Assembly: GCA_965218095.1 (NCBI GenBank)
Contig: OZ244587.1
Location: forward strand, 1,280,001 to 1,344,000
Origin: Candidatus Poribacteria bacterium
GTDB lineage: Bacteria; Poribacteria; WGA-4E; PCPOR2b
Direction of reading: 5' to 3'
DNA: 64,000 nucleotides
Shown here: one piece after another, positions 37,424-47,793 of the stretch
How the letters are laid out: each line of letters begins with the position of its first letter
How positions within the stretch are numbered: position 1 is the first letter of the stretch
Made by a program: the position numbers and the translations under genes
The notes under the pieces: generated by a model
Databases searched by the model: none
What the model saw: only the letters and a program-made list of their open reading frames with translations
What the model was told of the DNA's origin: nothing

Positions 37424-38365
37424 TCATTTCAACTTTTTCATACGACCTTCTACTTTGGGTATGAGATCTCGCAGGACAGGGTTGGTACGAGCAAGGTAGA
37501 TAGCCTTTTTGTACTGAGTCCTGGCTTGCTCATCGTTGCCCTGTTCATCATAGACCATTCCCAAATTGTAATGGGCTGACGCATTGTTCGGATTGATGTC
37601 GACTGCCTTCTTCAATTCTGCCATGGCCTGGTCGAGTTTGCCTTGCTCCCTGTAGGTACTTCCTAGATTGCTATACACCTGTGCCAAATCCGGGCTGATG
37701 GCAATCGCCTTTTTGAAGTGAACAATCGCCTCATCGAGCTTGCCTTGATTGTAGAGGGTCATGCCCAGATTATGATGGACTCGTGCGGAATCCGGAAGGA
37801 GGTGAATTGCTTCTTTGAATGCTGCAACGGCTTCATCAAGTCTGCCTCGACTATCATAGGCCCTCCCCAGATTGTAGTATGCTCGCGCATCGTCAGGATT
37901 GAGACGAATCGTCTCTTTGAAGTGGGCAATGGCCTGGTCGAGTTCGCCTTGACTCCTGTAGGTGTATCCCAGATTGTTATGTACTCGTGGATCGTCTGGG
38001 TCGATGCTGACTGCCTTTTTGAACACCACTATAGCAGCTTCATGATTGCCTTCTACAAGATAGGCAAGCCCGAGACTATTATGTGCTTCTACAAAGCCCG
38101 GGTTGATGCGAATCGCCTTTTTGTACGCGAGCATCGCTTTATCAATTTGACCCTGGCGATAATAGGTAATCCCCAGATCGTAATATACCTCCGCAAAGCC
38201 TGAATCGATGTCAATCGCCTTTTTGTACGCTAAAATCGCTTCAGTAAATCTGCCTTGCTCCCGATAAGTATTTCCTTGATTATAATGCGCTATCGCTTCT
38301 TCATCACGGCAGGAAATGAGAAAGAAACTCACCCCGATGAGGTAAATCGCAAACAAGTGTTTCAT
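37424..38365 (-). CDS. TPR-repeat lipoprotein
   Basis: Lipobox LISC; about 8 canonical TPRs (NLG..Y..QG..D.AI..FKKAI.I.P). Confidence 0.92.
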   Translation of the reverse strand: MKHLFAIYLIGVSFFLISCRDEEAIAHYNQGNTYREQGRFTEAILAYKKAIDIDSGFAEVYYDLGITYYRQGQIDKAMLAYKKAIRINPGFVEAHNSLGLAYLVEGNHEAAIVVFKKAVSIDPDDPRVHNNLGYTYRSQGELDQAIAHFKETIRLNPDDARAYYNLGRAYDSRGRLDEAVAAFKEAIHLLPDSARVHHNLGMTLYNQGKLDEAIVHFKKAIAISPDLAQVYSNLGSTYREQGKLDQAMAELKKAVDINPNNASAHYNLGMVYDEQGNDEQARTQYKKAIYLARTNPVLRDLIPKVEGRMKKLK

Positions 38366-38537
38366 TCTGGGTCTCTCCCCGTATCGTAAGTCTCAAGCGA
38401 ATCCACGAAGCTCAACGAAGGCTGTGACTTGCTCCCTGATGTGCTGACTCATTAAGATGGGGCATATCCCGGGCATCGGAAAATCTTTCTATCCTGTCTG
38501 AGATTTTCCGCTTGATTTTTCCCTGATTTTGCGGTAC

Positions 38538-38566
38538 AGTGTAGCATCATTAGGGAATAATGTCAA
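38538..38566 (-). promoter_or_regulatory. Sigma70 promoter for TPR-pilA, overlapping a divergent promoter
   Basis: TTGACA-N17-TACACT on minus; TTGATT-N17-TACAGT on plus at 38512-38540. Confidence 0.55.
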
Positions 38567-38608
38567 TAAAGAAAGACAAGAAAGCGATCTACTCAGAAGG
38601 CAAAATTC

Positions 38609-40441
38609 ATGGCGAATCACTCTGACAGAGGAAAAGACCAACCCTCAACTTCATTTGCGGGGCCTCATCGTCAATCAGACAATCCGAAATCGATTGACCC
38701 CATTACAGTGGAACTGATCAAGAACGCGCTCGATGCGCTAGTGGATGAGATGGCGCTGACGCTGGTGCGCACGGCGTATTCGTCCAATCTAAAAAACTCG
38801 ATGGATCTGTCGGCGGCGGTGTGTGACATATACGGGCAACTCATCGCACAAGGCTTGACGCTGCCATTGCATCTCGGCTCGGTGCCCGAGTATATGCGAG
38901 CGGTCATCTCCAAGTTTGGTGAGCAGATACGTGATGGTGACATCTATATCACCAATGACCCGTATGAAGGTGGATCGCATCTGCCAGACATGTATTTGTG
39001 CAAACCGATCTTTCTCGACGATTCAGCGCCCATCGCCTTCGTCGTTTGCATTGCCCATCACACGGACATTGGCGGCAAGACACCGGGCGGCAATGGCTGC
39101 GACGCAACGGAACTCTATCAGGAAGGCTTGTGCATCCCACTGCTTAAACTCTACGACGCAGGCGTGGCGAACCAAACTATCTTCGACTTCATCGCTCGCA
39201 ACGTGCGCATTCCGCGACAGGTCCTCGGCGATTTACGGGCGGAACTAGCGTGCTTGCACGTCGGCGAGCAGGGGTTGCGCGCCCTGTTCGAGAACTACAG
39301 ACTGGAGCAACTGTCAGCCTACTTTGCTGAACTGCTCAACTACGCCGAGCGAATCGCGCGGTCGGAGATCGCCGCGCTGCCCGATGGCGTTTATGCGTTC
39401 ACCGACCATCTTGATGACGACGGTATCGATCCCGACCCGATTCCGATTACGGTGACGGTCACGGTTCGCGGCGACCAACTGACGGCTGACTTTACAGGCA
39501 CATCGTTGCAGGTCAGAGGCGGTATCAACTGTCCGCTCTCGTTCACGCAATCGACCACCTATGCCTGCGTGCGCTGCTTGATGGGTGCAGACGTGCCGAA
39601 CAATAGCGGCTATTTCCGCCCGATTACTGTTATCGCACCGGAAGGCACGATTGTTAATCCACTGCCGCCGGCACCGGTTGCAGCGCGAGGCTTGACGGGC
39701 TTTCGCATTGCCAACACCGTGTTTGGGGCGCTCGCTCACGCTGCCCCAGACCGTGTTCCGGCGTGCGAAATCGGCGGCGATACCGGCGTGAGCATCGGCG
39801 GCTATGAGCGCATCGTACGGGACGGAAAGACCGAATTGCGGGGATTCGTCTTCCTCGAATTTCTCTACGGCTCGTGGGGTGGGCGTCCGAATCAGGATGG
39901 GATTGATGGTGTGGCAAGCGCAGTCGTGAATTTTGCCAACAATCCCACCGAAGTGCTGGAAGCCGAGGCACCGCTGCGCATTGAGGGTTACGGCTACCTC
40001 CCTGACACCGGCGGCGCGGGGGTGCATCGCGGCGGGCTGAGTTTGGTGCGCGACTTCCGCCTGCTTGCTGAAGAGGCCACACTGCAAATTCGCGCCGACC
40101 GCACAAAGTATCCGCCCTATGGCCTGCACGGTGGGGTGGCGGGCGCACCGTCACAGAACATCTTGAACCCCGATGGCGAAGCGCGTGAACTGCCTCCTAA
40201 GCCCACGCTGACCATCCAGCGTGGCGATCTCTTCCGCCACATCGCAGCCGGTGCAGGGGGATGGGGGGTGCCCTTCGAGCGCGATCCGCAAGCGGTGCTA
40301 GCAGATGTGATGGAAGAGAAGGTTACGCTGGCGCACGCACGTGATGCCTACGGCGTGATGATTAACCCGCAGACGTGGCAAGTAGATGAGGAAACCACGC
40401 AGCGAATGCGGGATAGTCACGGACAGGGAACAAATCGATGA
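38609..40441 (+). CDS. Hydantoinase B / 5-oxoprolinase family subunit
   Basis: DPIT.E, RTAYS, HLGS, NDPYEGGSHLPD, HHTDIGG, QEG, GGAG.HRGG, GAGGWG.PFER. Confidence 0.93.
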   Translation: MANHSDRGKDQPSTSFAGPHRQSDNPKSIDPITVELIKNALDALVDEMALTLVRTAYSSNLKNSMDLSAAVCDIYGQLIAQGLTLPLHLGSVPEYMRAVISKFGEQIRDGDIYITNDPYEGGSHLPDMYLCKPIFLDDSAPIAFVVCIAHHTDIGGKTPGGNGCDATELYQEGLCIPLLKLYDAGVANQTIFDFIARNVRIPRQVLGDLRAELACLHVGEQGLRALFENYRLEQLSAYFAELLNYAERIARSEIAALPDGVYAFTDHLDDDGIDPDPIPITVTVTVRGDQLTADFTGTSLQVRGGINCPLSFTQSTTYACVRCLMGADVPNNSGYFRPITVIAPEGTIVNPLPPAPVAARGLTGFRIANTVFGALAHAAPDRVPACEIGGDTGVSIGGYERIVRDGKTELRGFVFLEFLYGSWGGRPNQDGIDGVASAVVNFANNPTEVLEAEAPLRIEGYGYLPDTGGAGVHRGGLSLVRDFRLLAEEATLQIRADRTKYPPYGLHGGVAGAPSQNILNPDGEARELPPKPTLTIQRGDLFRHIAAGAGGWGVPFERDPQAVLADVMEEKVTLAHARDAYGVMINPQTWQVDEETTQRMRDSHGQGTNR

Positions 40442-42348
40442 AAAACACGTCTATCACCTTTCAAAGCGGTTTAACATGGAAGTCCTTTCTCATTAGCCTG
40501 TTGCTCATTCCGATCAATATTTATTGGATCATCGAGCTTGAAGTAGTTCGGGCTAACTACCCAACGCTTATCCATCCGCAATTTAACGCTATTTTTAGTG
40601 TCTTTTTGTTCCTTTTGATTGGGTACACACTCGGCAAAATCTCCCCGACACTCGGCATTTCTCAGCAGGAGCTCCTCACCATCTATTTCATGTTGTGTAT
40701 TATTTCCTGCCTTTGTTCGTGGGACATGATGCAAATCTTAGTGCCGGTCATGAGTTATGCGTTTCGGTTTGACACCCCTGAAAACGACTGGCAGCAATTG
40801 TTTTGGAAGCACCTTCCACAGTGGCTCACCGTGCGAGACGGAAAAGCCCTGATTGGTTACTACGAAGGGGGTTTAAACCTCTACACCGGGGGCTATTTTA
40901 AGGCATGGCTTGTCCCCGCCGTTTCATGGAGTTCGTTCATCTTTGTGTTGATGGTTGTGATGTTATGCATTAACACGTTGTTACGCATCCAGTGGGCAGA
41001 ACGTGAACGGTTGACTTACCCCCTCATTCAACTCCCGCTAGAGATGACCAATCCCAGAGTGGGGTTCTTCAAAAATAGACTGATGTGGTTCGGTTTCGGC
41101 ATCACCGCGTTGATAAGTATCATCAACCTGCTCAACTCAATCTACCCTGTCGTTCCCTATATCCCCATCAAACGGATGAGGGTGGGGCCGGTATGGCTTG
41201 CATTCTATCCGTTCGCAATTGGCATTGGATTTCTCATGCCGCTGCATCTCCTGTTTTCATGCTGGGCGTTTTACTGGCTGTACAAGATCGAACTGATGGT
41301 CGGGGACCTCATGGGTTGGCGAAGTCTTCCACGTTTCCCTTATGCCGGCGAACAGGGCTTCGGTGTATATATGGGGCTGTTAGGATTCGCCCTGTGGACC
41401 GGCAGATTGCATTTCAAAGGATTGGTGCGTCATCTGTTCAGTTCCCGGACATCCCCGTGGCGACTGGATGACACCCGCGAACCGATGTCCTATCGCCTTG
41501 CGGTCGCAGGCATCCTGACCGGTATGACCTTCCTGGCGTTCTTCTCCTACAAAGCCGGAATGTCGTGGTGGGTGATTCCAATTTTTTTTGGAATTTACTT
41601 CTTATTGGGGATAGCGGTTGCCCGGCTGCGTGCGGAGTTGGGCATTTTAATACACGGGCATGGTTTTCTTCCGGGTATCCAGACACACAAGATAATTATT
41701 GCCGGTGTTGGTACACGTCGACTTGGTACGAGCACCCTCACCGTTTTTTCGCTGTATATGTTTTTCAATCGCGCCCATTGGGTGAATCCGATGCCGGAGC
41801 AATTGGAAGCCTTCAAAATGGCGGAAAGGGGGCATATCAATCTGCGTCATACGGCGGTTGCCATTTTGCTGGCAACATTGATCGGATCGATTATGACTTT
41901 TTGGCTATTTTTGGATAGCATCTATCGAAATGGCCATGAATCTGGATACTATCACCCACATTCACTGTGGTACGGGTTGATGGTCTATGGTCAGCTTGAA
42001 AATTGGCTGACCTATCCGAAGGAGACCGATAGCCCAGCGCTTGCGTTTATGGGAGGTGGACTTGGGTTGACTGTCCTGTTGATGTTTTTGCGAACGCGCT
42101 TTCTGTGGTGGCCCCTCCACCCACTCGGCTATGTAACAGCAAGTAGTTGGGGAATGGGTGTTCTATGGTGCTGTTTCTTTGTTGCCTGGGTAATCAAAAC
42201 TGTCATTCTGCGTTATGGTGGACTCGGACCGTATCGACGTGCTGTTCCTTTCTTTTTGGGAGTTATATTGGGAGATTATATTTGCGGTAGTATTTGGAGC
42301 ATTGCGGCTATTTTGACCACCACCCCGCTATATAACCTTTTTCCTTAA
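40438..42348 (+). CDS. DUF6785/DUF6784-type polytopic membrane protein (OPT-like putative transporter)
   Basis: Many TM segments; TPENDW, QW.ERERLTYP, RLRAELG, WWPLHPLGY, PFFLG; ATGA overlap with upstream gene. Confidence 0.8.
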   Translation: MKNTSITFQSGLTWKSFLISLLLIPINIYWIIELEVVRANYPTLIHPQFNAIFSVFLFLLIGYTLGKISPTLGISQQELLTIYFMLCIISCLCSWDMMQILVPVMSYAFRFDTPENDWQQLFWKHLPQWLTVRDGKALIGYYEGGLNLYTGGYFKAWLVPAVSWSSFIFVLMVVMLCINTLLRIQWAERERLTYPLIQLPLEMTNPRVGFFKNRLMWFGFGITALISIINLLNSIYPVVPYIPIKRMRVGPVWLAFYPFAIGIGFLMPLHLLFSCWAFYWLYKIELMVGDLMGWRSLPRFPYAGEQGFGVYMGLLGFALWTGRLHFKGLVRHLFSSRTSPWRLDDTREPMSYRLAVAGILTGMTFLAFFSYKAGMSWWVIPIFFGIYFLLGIAVARLRAELGILIHGHGFLPGIQTHKIIIAGVGTRRLGTSTLTVFSLYMFFNRAHWVNPMPEQLEAFKMAERGHINLRHTAVAILLATLIGSIMTFWLFLDSIYRNGHESGYYHPHSLWYGLMVYGQLENWLTYPKETDSPALAFMGGGLGLTVLLMFLRTRFLWWPLHPLGYVTASSWGMGVLWCCFFVAWVIKTVILRYGGLGPYRRAVPFFLGVILGDYICGSIWSIAAILTTTPLYNLFP

Positions 42349-42512
42349 AGCGAACATGAGGAACAGGGAACACGAAACAGGTCAGACAGCGCAGTTGTCT
42401 CCCCTGAGACGGAAACTGTTGGGGCTTGATCGATGGGAAGACTAAAGTCAAAGAGACTCCCAGACCTGACAGGTCTACCAAATCCATACGGACTAAAAAA
42501 AGGAATCAGAAC

Positions 42513-43502
42513 ATGGAAAAACGAAGATGCGGCAGATCTGGCATCGAAATCTCTGTGCTAGGAATTGGCTGTTGGTCTTATGGCGGGGGCGATTACTGGG
42601 GCCCACAGGCGCAAGCGGATGTGGATGCTGTGGTTCAATCCGCGTTGGACAACAGCATCAACCTCTTTGACACGGCGGAGGGATATAATGAAGGACGCAG
42701 TGAGGAATCGCTGGGCAAAGCGTTGAAAGGGCGACGACATGAAGCGGTGATTGCCACCAAGATTAGTGCGAACAACACCGAACCTACTGTTTTGCGCAAG
42801 CATTGTGAAGCCAGCCTACGTCGATTGCAGACCGATTATATCGATATTTACATCGTGCACTGGCCAATCATAGAACACTCCGTCGAGGCTGCATTTGGGA
42901 CTTTGACTGCGTTGAAGACGGAAGGTAAAATCCGCTCAATTGGCGTCAGCAACTTCGGCGTCCAGCAGTTGTCCGAAGCCCTCGCCACAGGCACTCAGAT
43001 CGACGTGAACCAGCTCTGCTATAATCTCCTGTCGCGGGCGATTGAGGTAGAGATTTTGCCGTTGTGCCTGAAACACGAGATCGGCATTTTAGGCTACATG
43101 TCGCTGCTGCAAGGCATCCTGACCGGTATGTATCGGACGGTTGATGAGATTCCGCCTCTCCAGGCGCGCTTCCCGCACTTTCACAGCAATCGCCCGGATG
43201 TAGCGCATAGTGAGGCAGGAGCAGCGGAGGAGGTGTTCCAGACGATTGACGGCATAAGAGAAATCGCAGCAGCAGAGGGGGTTCCGATGAGTCAGCTCGC
43301 GATAGCCTGGACAATCGCAAAGCCCGGAATTAAATGTGAATTGGTCGGAACCCGCAACGTGTCGGAACTCCAGGAGAACCTTCAGGTCGCCTCGCTTTCC
43401 CTTTCTCCTGAGACAATCGCGCAACTGGATGCGTTGACCACTCCCCTGCTACAGAAACTCGGTGCGAATGCAGACTACTTTGGAAACACACGAATCCGTT
43501 AG
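42513..43502 (+). CDS. Aldo/keto reductase
   Basis: FDTAEGY..GRSEE.LG, ATK, SLRRLQTDYID...HWP, GKIRSIGVSNF. Confidence 0.93.
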   Translation: MEKRRCGRSGIEISVLGIGCWSYGGGDYWGPQAQADVDAVVQSALDNSINLFDTAEGYNEGRSEESLGKALKGRRHEAVIATKISANNTEPTVLRKHCEASLRRLQTDYIDIYIVHWPIIEHSVEAAFGTLTALKTEGKIRSIGVSNFGVQQLSEALATGTQIDVNQLCYNLLSRAIEVEILPLCLKHEIGILGYMSLLQGILTGMYRTVDEIPPLQARFPHFHSNRPDVAHSEAGAAEEVFQTIDGIREIAAAEGVPMSQLAIAWTIAKPGIKCELVGTRNVSELQENLQVASLSLSPETIAQLDALTTPLLQKLGANADYFGNTRIR

Positions 43503-43528
43503 CGAATTCTTGAAGGAGGGCGAAGATA

Positions 43529-43665
43529 GTGACACAGTATAATGTCTTGATTGTTGGCGGTGGTCATAACGGACTGGTTGCAGCAGGCTATCTGGCGGAA
43601 GCGGGGCTGAACGTCCTGCTGCCAGAACGGCGTGATATATTGGAGGTAGCGTGCGTGACGGTAAA
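43529..43665 (+). pseudogene. N-terminal remnant of a phytoene-desaturase-like FAD oxidoreductase
   Basis: AAGGAGG RBS; VTQYNVLIVGGGHNGLVAAGYLAEAGLNV...ERRD...ACVT then lost. Confidence 0.75.
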
Positions 43666-43794
43666 TAAAAGTAACAGTTTGAACAACATGGGCGTATAAC
43701 CTGTGAATATTTTAGATTGTGTACGCGTGAACGTCCAGATTTTGATATTGATCCAACGGGTTCAACGCAAAATATAATAGAGGTGAAATCAGAT

Positions 43795-44865
43795 ATGTCT
43801 AGCAAAAATACCCCTCAAGTTAAAATTCCCTCAATAATGAAGGCCGTTGTGTACCACGAATTTGGTGGGCCAGAGGTTCTGTGCTACGAGGAAATACCGA
43901 CGCCCGAGCCGGGAGAAGGCGAAGTGCTAGTCAAAGTGCTCGCTGTTGCTATTGATTATATCCAACTTCACATCCGGCATGGTGGCAGCGGTCGCATCGG
44001 ATCAGCGCGAGAGCCGAGCTACGGCATCAAGCATCCGCCGTACGTTCCCGGTGGAATGGCCTGCGTGGAAGTTGTGGCAGTCGGCTCTGACACTGAAGGC
44101 GTCGAAATCGGCACACGCCATCTGATCGGTGGGTTGCGACCGGGTTCATGCGTCGAGTTTGGCATGGTTAATGACAGGGCTTTACAGCCCCGTTCTGACG
44201 GCAGACCTGGCCCGACAGCCTATCCGACATCCTTCACACCGGCGCAGGCGGCCGCCTTCGACTATGCGCCGGTTGCGTATCACACACTGAAAATCGCGGC
44301 GGGTTTACAGGCGGAGGAGACCGTGCTCATTCACGCCGCCGCGGGCGGCACAGGAGTCCTAGCTGTCCAGCTTGCCAAGTGCTTCGACGCGTTGGTCATA
44401 GCAACAGCGGGAAGCGAAGAAAAACTCGAATTGGTGCGAGAACTGGGCGCCGATGTCGCGATCAACTATCAAACTGATGACTTCGTGGCTGCTGCGTTAG
44501 CGGCTACAGATGGACGTGGTGTGGATGTCGTGTGGGAACTGGTGGGCGGCGAGGTCTTCACCCGAAGCCTCGATTGCATGGCCGAAGGTGGTCGGATGGT
44601 GAGTTTCGGCTCAAACTCCTTCACAGGTACAGGTCAGATCGATTTCTGGCCGTTTTGGGTGAAGGAGCTGAAGCTCATTGGGTGGGGTGGTATAGGCAAT
44701 GCACAAGCTCGCGCACCCGAGATTATGGAGGAGCTGATCGCCCTTGCCGAGGCTGGCAAACTCCAGCCGGTGGTAAGCCATGTGTACCGATTTGAGGAGG
44801 CATCTCAGGCGCACCGCCTGATCGAGGAACGAAAGTCAATTGGGAAAGTGGTACTGGTCCCGTAG
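43795..44865 (+). CDS. NADPH:quinone oxidoreductase (zinc-independent MDR)
   Basis: FGGPEVL, HAAAGGTG...QLAK, GRGVDVV, GKVVL. Confidence 0.9.
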   Translation: MSSKNTPQVKIPSIMKAVVYHEFGGPEVLCYEEIPTPEPGEGEVLVKVLAVAIDYIQLHIRHGGSGRIGSAREPSYGIKHPPYVPGGMACVEVVAVGSDTEGVEIGTRHLIGGLRPGSCVEFGMVNDRALQPRSDGRPGPTAYPTSFTPAQAAAFDYAPVAYHTLKIAAGLQAEETVLIHAAAGGTGVLAVQLAKCFDALVIATAGSEEKLELVRELGADVAINYQTDDFVAAALAATDGRGVDVVWELVGGEVFTRSLDCMAEGGRMVSFGSNSFTGTGQIDFWPFWVKELKLIGWGGIGNAQARAPEIMEELIALAEAGKLQPVVSHVYRFEEASQAHRLIEERKSIGKVVLVP

Positions 44866-44966
44866 GTCTTTCGCCCAGCTCGCACACCGTCATGTTGCTG
44901 TAGGCCAGATCGCCGCCATTTGCCACACCTCCATTCGTTGTCATTCGTATCTCACCCTCACAGAAC

Positions 44967-45033
44967 TGAGTGGTGGAGTGGTGAGTAGGAAGGGGTAAAT
45001 CCCTAATCACCACTTACTAATCACCACTCACTG
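44967..45033. repeat. Inverted pair of degenerate ~8-nt periodic repeats
   Basis: tgagtggtggagtggtgagtagg ... taatcaccacttactaatcaccactcact between convergent genes. Confidence 0.6.
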
Positions 45034-45119
45034 GTTCCCAAATGGCCAATGATTCGACCGTAAACCTCGGGGAATTGAATAAAAATTGACGAGATGTTGA
45101 AAATGAGCTTAGAAACACC

Positions 45120-45641
45120 TCACCCATCCCAACTGGCGATGAAGTCTTCGACATCGAAATCGGCAGACATTTCGGTAAGCAAGTACCGCATCGGCCGAGA
45201 CCCCAGGTCAGGAACAGACCGCTCCACGTCCGACTGTATACCCTTCAACAGCGCTTGTTCAATGGGATCGATGTCACGATGCCAGGCAGCGGGTCCATGA
45301 TCTCGCACAGGGCTGCACATGAGCGCTATCAGGAGGATGGCTACCTCCGGTGCCTTCATGAGTTGTTGACTAACGCCGAGTATATTTTCGTGAAGGCAGA
45401 ACTCCGCCGTGTTGGCGGTTTCTTCATCAACGACACCGTCGAAAAACACTCGCGGCTGTACGCTGGTTTCCCAGACACCGCCTGGCGGGTCATCAAGGTT
45501 CCGCGCCCACTCCCAAATGGCCTTCTGCCGCTCGACGAGAATCTCAAAGCTCTCACGCAGTTCGTCTAACTGTTCCGGCGGGATGACCTCCCGCAAAATG
45601 ATATACCCATCGTCAAGAAGTTGTTGCGGGTTGACTTCCAT
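45120..45641 (-). pseudogene. PhyH-family dioxygenase with probable internal deletion
   Basis: DDGYIILREVIP...WHRD present; VPGSH and distal His segment absent. Confidence 0.6.
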
Positions 45642-45692
45642 ATTTGGTTCTCCTTCCGTTAATCGTCTCACCGCATGTCCACTTCTAAATCT

Positions 45693-46730
45693 CTATTTCA
45701 CCAGATCTGCCTCCCGGACGCTGACCTTCAGGTCGCCCTGACCGGTGAAGAGCCACAGCAAGCCCGGCTCAATTTCATAAAGGCACGCATAAGACAGCCA
45801 AGCATCTTTCTCTCGGACAATCACAGCGGGTTTGGTCCATGTCGCCCCTTCGTCCTCCGAAAAGGCAATCGAGAGCTCCTCCCGATGCCAACTCGCCTTG
45901 GCTTCAGAAAATTGTCCGCTGCGCCGCGGAAAACTGTTCTGTCCCTCCGGGTATAAGCGGTTCCATACCAGCACCAATCGTCCACTAGCCAGCCGAGTGA
46001 GGTAGCCCGGCGAGGTGCTGGCTTCGATTGCGCTCGGTTGAATCACCCGCCATGATAATCCTTGGTTGTCCGAATAGGCCTCCCAGAACCGATCCCAATT
46101 GGTGCGGATTAACATCCACAGCCGGCCATCTTTCAACTCGACCAACGTGGGTTCAACGGCTCCGTCGTGGTGTCCATGACCACCGAGATCGATGATATTA
46201 CTTCTCTTCCAGGTCGTCCCGTTATCGGCTGAAGAACAGGTACAGATAACGTTGCGACCAGGGTTACGCATATAAAACTGTACTGGCGCCACGATCCGCC
46301 CGATTTTTGTCTGGATTATATTTATGGGGGGATGGCCAATAATTCCCTTAAAGAGCCGTTGTCGATCAACCCACGTCTGCCCCTCGTCCAGACTACGTAT
46401 TGCCCACAGGTCGCCGTGGTCATCTTCGCCTGGTTCTCCGGTGGCATCATCCCAATTCAAGACTCGTTCATCCATCCAGACCACGATAATCACACCATCA
46501 ACAGTTTTGAAAATCTGCCTGGCACTACTCGGTATGCCTGGCCCTGACCCCGCGTAAATCGTCCGTGCCTCAGACCAACTTTTGCCTTGATCGTTGCTGA
46601 TGCGGACAGCGTTGCCTTCCACAATCATCAGACGGCTATCGTTCAATCTGACGAATGGACCGCTTTTGTCTATCGAAAGCAGCTCGAACCGCGGATCGAT
46701 CCAGCGCTTTCCCTCAGCATCGTTCTTCAT
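45693..46730 (-). CDS. Sialidase-like / BNR-repeat glycoside hydrolase
   Basis: Asp-boxes SNDQGKSW, SLDEGQTW, SADNGTTW, SDNQGLSW, SEDEGATW. Confidence 0.9.
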   Translation of the reverse strand: MKNDAEGKRWIDPRFELLSIDKSGPFVRLNDSRLMIVEGNAVRISNDQGKSWSEARTIYAGSGPGIPSSARQIFKTVDGVIIVVWMDERVLNWDDATGEPGEDDHGDLWAIRSLDEGQTWVDRQRLFKGIIGHPPINIIQTKIGRIVAPVQFYMRNPGRNVICTCSSADNGTTWKRSNIIDLGGHGHHDGAVEPTLVELKDGRLWMLIRTNWDRFWEAYSDNQGLSWRVIQPSAIEASTSPGYLTRLASGRLVLVWNRLYPEGQNSFPRRSGQFSEAKASWHREELSIAFSEDEGATWTKPAVIVREKDAWLSYACLYEIEPGLLWLFTGQGDLKVSVREADLVK

Positions 46731-46819
46731 ACTCAACACTCCTTGTGTATCAAGTCTATCCAATTCTCATCAAGCGAAGACTCCATTGCTTTATATTTAC
46801 TGTCATATAACCTACATTC

Positions 46820-46896
46820 GCCCCCCGGCCTCCAATTTTGGGGGAGTTTGTGGGATTTTCGCTATTCTCCCCCAGCATTGGGGGGCCGAGGGGGCA
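46820..46896. repeat. Composite GC-rich palindromic repeat
   Basis: gccccccggcctccaattttgggggag...ctcccccagcattggggggccgagggggc. Confidence 0.7.
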
Positions 46897-46960
46897 AGCC
46901 ACCAGTGGATCTGCCGATGAGATCTTTTAATCCAAAGTCAAGATAATTACCTGTTAAATT

Positions 46961-47003
46961 CTCGTTAGCCCGAAAGGTTTCAAAAACCTTTCGGGCTAAC
47001 GAG
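46961..47003. repeat. REP-like perfect hairpin
   Basis: ctcgttagcccgaaaggttt-caa-aaacctttcgggctaacgag. Confidence 0.8.
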
Positions 47004-47126
47004 TTCCAAAAAGATTTGTGTCGAAGTAAACAGATGCCCCTCATCCATTCTTCCCACTTTTGAAACGGCATTTTTACTGCCCGCCGCGTTTTCGAGGCAG
47101 TCGCTACCGGAGGTTCTGGACTCAGG

Positions 47127-47533
47127 TTACACCTTCGATTCCAGAATCTGCATCACCTCGAAGACAAGGCATTGGGTGAACGGAAAAAGGCTATGCGGCG
47201 CGATCCAAAATCGGCACTGATTTCTACCGGTTCGATAAGCGCTTCCGTACCCAGCCGTGTGATCTGTTGGCACGCCCCATCCAGGTCGTCGACTTCAAAT
47301 ACCCCATGGGTCAGACCGGGCATGAGCCAATGGTTGAGCTTGTCTTCAAAGACCGGTTTTGGAGTCAAAAAGAGACGGGTTCCGCCAAACTCCAGCAGCG
47401 CATACGCATATTCCCCATCGGGTCTGGAGCGTGTTCCACGCAACAAAAGTTTGGTGCCCAGTTCTTCGAGAAGGCCAATTTCTCCATCCAGATCGCCAAC
47501 TTTCAAGCCAATGTTCTAAAGACTTGCATCCAT
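47127..47533 (-). pseudogene. VOC / glyoxalase-family pseudogene
   Basis: AGGAGG RBS; MDASL*NIGLKVGD (early TAG); THGVFEVDDLD; frameshift before LVFEVMQ. Confidence 0.8.
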
Positions 47534-47620
47534 ACTTTGTCCTCCTACTATAATCCTGAATTATAACCCACCGTGTGAAAAAGTCAAGATCTTTATTTCC
47601 GGTTTCCTGAACATCCATCA

Positions 47621-47649
47621 TTGTCAAATTTTGCAGCGTGTGATATACT
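47621..47649 (+). promoter_or_regulatory. Sigma70 promoter of the DUF4398-OmpA pair
   Basis: TTGTCA-N17-TATACT; divergent TTGACT-N16-TATAAT on minus at 47560-47587. Confidence 0.65.
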
Positions 47650-47702
47650 TTCAAACAAAATGCGACATATACTTAGCACCGCATGAAATTGCGCTTTGAA
47701 AT

Positions 47703-47729
47703 CTTGCGAAGGTTTGAAATCTTCGCAAG
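47703..47729. repeat. REP-like hairpin
   Basis: cttgcgaaggttt-g-aaatcttcgcaag. Confidence 0.7.
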
Positions 47730-47793
47730 GGTTGGCCCCCAAAAAAGCTCAATTTCTGGCGGCGGGCAGTATACACCATTCAGGAGAAGTTTG

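Noticed and set aside
39314-40129. Long antisense ORFs (also 16873-17499, 27027-27683, 61897-62773)
   Set aside because: Shadows of well-supported genes on the other strand or frame, with no motifs or RBS
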